A stretch of 64,000 nt of DNA from an uncultured Bordetella sp. (GTDB lineage: Bacteria; Pseudomonadota; Gammaproteobacteria; Burkholderiales; SG8-39), in assembly GCA_964564865.1 (NCBI GenBank), contig CAZMDA010000002.1, positions 33,375 to 97,374 on the forward strand, in the 5' to 3' direction. Below, piece after piece: positions 62,265 through 64,000 of this stretch. How positions within the stretch are numbered: position 1 is the first letter of the stretch; every line of letters begins with the position of its first letter. Both the position numbers and the translations under genes were made by a program. The notes beneath the pieces are model-generated. The model ran no database searches and had not been told where the DNA came from. It saw only the letters and a program-made list of their open reading frames with translations.

Positions 62265-63218
62265 CTACTCCACCTTGGCGCCGCAGCCCTTGATCGCCCG
62301 CTCGATGCGGGGCGCCTCGGCCAGGATCTCGGCGGCGAAGGCCTCGGGCGAGGCCGAGGGCAGCGCGTCCATGCCCTGCGAGGCGATCTTCTCCTTCACC
62401 TCGGGCTTGGACAGGCCGCGCACCGCGGCGGCGTGGAGCTTGCGCACGATCTCCATCGGCGTGCCGGCGGGCACGTGCAGGCCGAACCAGAACGTGGACT
62501 CGAAGCCCGGCAGCCCGGCTTCCTCCGCCCCCGGGATGCCGGGGATGGAAGGCGAGGCCTTGTTCAGGCTCACCACCAGCGGCCGCATGCGGTTCGCCTT
62601 GATGAAGCCGGTCACGGTGGGCGAGGTGGCGAACATCATCTGCGTGTCGCCCGCCAGCAGCGACTGCGAGGCCGGGCCGCCGCCCTTGAACTGCACCGAG
62701 GTGATCTTCACGCCCGCCGCCGCCTCGAAGGCGCAGGCCGCCAGGTGCGGCGCCGAGCCGAAGCCGGCCGAGGCGTTGAACAGCTTGCCCGGGTTCGCCC
62801 TGGCGAAGGCCACCAGCTCGCGCAGGGTCTTGAACGGGGTGTCGTTGTTCACCACCAGCACCGTGGCGCCGTTGGCCACCCGCGACACCGGGATGAAGTC
62901 CTTGAAGTCGTACGCCAGGTTCTTGTACAGGTTCTTGTTGATGGCGTGGTTGCCCTGGTTGAGGATGGTGTAGCCGTCGGGCACCGACTTGGCGACGAAC
63001 TCCGAGGCGATCGAGCCGCCGGCGCCGGGCTTGTTCTCGACGATCACGTTCGCCTTCAGTTCCTTGCCCAGCTCGTCGGCGATGAGGCGGGTGGTGAAGT
63101 CCCCCGAGCCGCCCGGGGGGTAGCCGACCACGATGCGGATCGGCTTGACCGGGTAGTCCGCCTGCGCGAACAGGGCCGTCGAGGCGGCCAGCAGCGTGAT
63201 GCCGATGATGCCCTTCAT
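62265..63218 (-). CDS. Bug family tripartite tricarboxylate transporter substrate-binding protein
   Basis: 317-aa ORF. Signal peptide, then KPIRIVVGYPPGGSGD, VENKPGAGG and a VQFKG variant of the family motif. Confidence 0.88.
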   Translation of the reverse strand: MKGIIGITLLAASTALFAQADYPVKPIRIVVGYPPGGSGDFTTRLIADELGKELKANVIVENKPGAGGSIASEFVAKSVPDGYTILNQGNHAINKNLYKNLAYDFKDFIPVSRVANGATVLVVNNDTPFKTLRELVAFARANPGKLFNASAGFGSAPHLAACAFEAAAGVKITSVQFKGGGPASQSLLAGDTQMMFATSPTVTGFIKANRMRPLVVSLNKASPSIPGIPGAEEAGLPGFESTFWFGLHVPAGTPMEIVRKLHAAAVRGLSKPEVKEKIASQGMDALPSASPEAFAAEILAEAPRIERAIKGCGAKVE

Positions 63219-63222
63219 GTCG

Positions 63223-64000
63223 TCACCTCCCGTGAAATTGCGGCGTCCTCTTCTCCATGAAGGCCTTGCGGCCCTCCTTGTGGTCCTCGCTGGCGAAGCA
63301 GGCTTCCACCATCTGCATCGCCTTCTTCATGTCGCGCTCCTCCGGGTCCTTCAGGCCCTGCTGCACGGCGAACTTGGCCGCGGCGACGGTGAGCGGGGCG
63401 TTCTCGGCGATCAGCCTGCAGGTCTCGGCGGTGGCGCCCTCGAGCTCGGCCACCGGCACCACGCGCGAGACGAAGCCCATGCGCAGCGCCTCGGCGGCGC
63501 CGAACTTCTTCGCCGTGGCGAAGATCTCCAGGGTGTTGGCGGCGCCGATCACGTTCATGAAGCGGCGCACGCCCGAGGGGCTGTAGCCCAGCCCCAGGCG
63601 CGCCGCCGGCATGCGGAACACCGCGTCCTCGGCGCAGATGCGCAGGTCGCAGGCCGCGGCGAGGCCGAGGCCGCCGCCGATGCAGATGCCGCGGATGCTG
63701 GCGATCACCGGCTTCTGCGCCCGCATCGGCGCGGTGTAGGCGTTCTCGACCGCGCGGTTGTACTCGACCTGCGCCTCCACCGTGCCGCGCAGCTTCTCGA
63801 ACTGCGAGATGTCCGCGCCGGAGATGAAGGCCTTCTCGCCTTCGCCCTTGAACACGATGACGCGCACCGCGGGGTTGGCGTCCAGCTCCGCCACCGCCTT
63901 CGGCAGGCCGTTCCACATGTCGATGGACATGGCGTTCATCTTCGCCGGGTTGGAGAACACGACGACGCCGACGGCGCCCTCGACGCGGGTAATCAGCTCG
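63223..64000 (-). CDS. enoyl-CoA hydratase/isomerase family protein, 5' end beyond the window
   Basis: The frame stays open to base 64000 (..ELITRVEGAVGVVVFSNPAKMNAMS..). Crotonase blocks FISGADI and KPVIASIRGICIGGGLGLA. Stop at 63223. Confidence 0.85.
   Translation of the reverse strand, partial: ELITRVEGAVGVVVFSNPAKMNAMSIDMWNGLPKAVAELDANPAVRVIVFKGEGEKAFISGADISQFEKLRGTVEAQVEYNRAVENAYTAPMRAQKPVIASIRGICIGGGLGLAAACDLRICAEDAVFRMPAARLGLGYSPSGVRRFMNVIGAANTLEIFATAKKFGAAEALRMGFVSRVVPVAELEGATAETCRLIAENAPLTVAAAKFAVQQGLKDPEERDMKKAMQMVEACFASEDHKEGRKAFMEKRTPQFHGR

Overview
By eye this is a high-GC, very gene-dense chromosomal segment. I call 65 protein-coding genes (two cut by the window edges), plus a set of short non-coding repeats and a few regulatory candidates. 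I found no rRNA, tRNA, CRISPR array, transposase or integrase. Three orphan Bug/TctC-type tripartite tricarboxylate binding proteins, two Liv-type ABC loci and the overall gene set suggest a betaproteobacterium of the Burkholderiales. That placement is inference only.

Most genes are ordinary metabolism and housekeeping: fbp, htpX, pepN, pdxH, ettA, CoA-transferase/enoyl-CoA hydratase genes, and 3-hydroxyanthranilate dioxygenase plus ACMSD. Many adjacent genes overlap by ATGA, GTGA or TGATG, which marks tight operons.

The items I consider most worth follow-up:
- A 72-nt in-frame insertion carrying a perfect 23-bp-arm palindrome, inside a tandem-duplicated 1822-aa UvrA-like gene.
- A family of 20-bp perfect palindromes (ATGT-N4-CGATCG-N4-ACAT) placed just after stop codons. 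The two sequence variants differ by compensatory arm changes. Two identical copies bracket a lone AAA+/DUF4143 ATPase gene that has an AT-rich tandem operator.
- An overlapping operon of pdxH, an APH-fold kinase, a divergent enolase paralog with altered active-site residues, and a D-2-hydroxyacid dehydrogenase.
- A secreted cytochrome P460 / type-1 copper cupredoxin fusion next to a Tat-signal DUF3047 protein.
- A translationally coupled methyltransferase / ATP-grasp / YHS-lipoprotein / hydrolase operon downstream of an NDH-2-like flavoprotein.
- An orphan ribbon-helix-helix antitoxin coupled to a GMC oxidoreductase.

All functional calls rest on motifs and family resemblance that I recognised by reading the translations. 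No database search was run. Many long ORFs in the track are antisense or out-of-frame shadow ORFs typical of high-GC DNA, and I rejected them.
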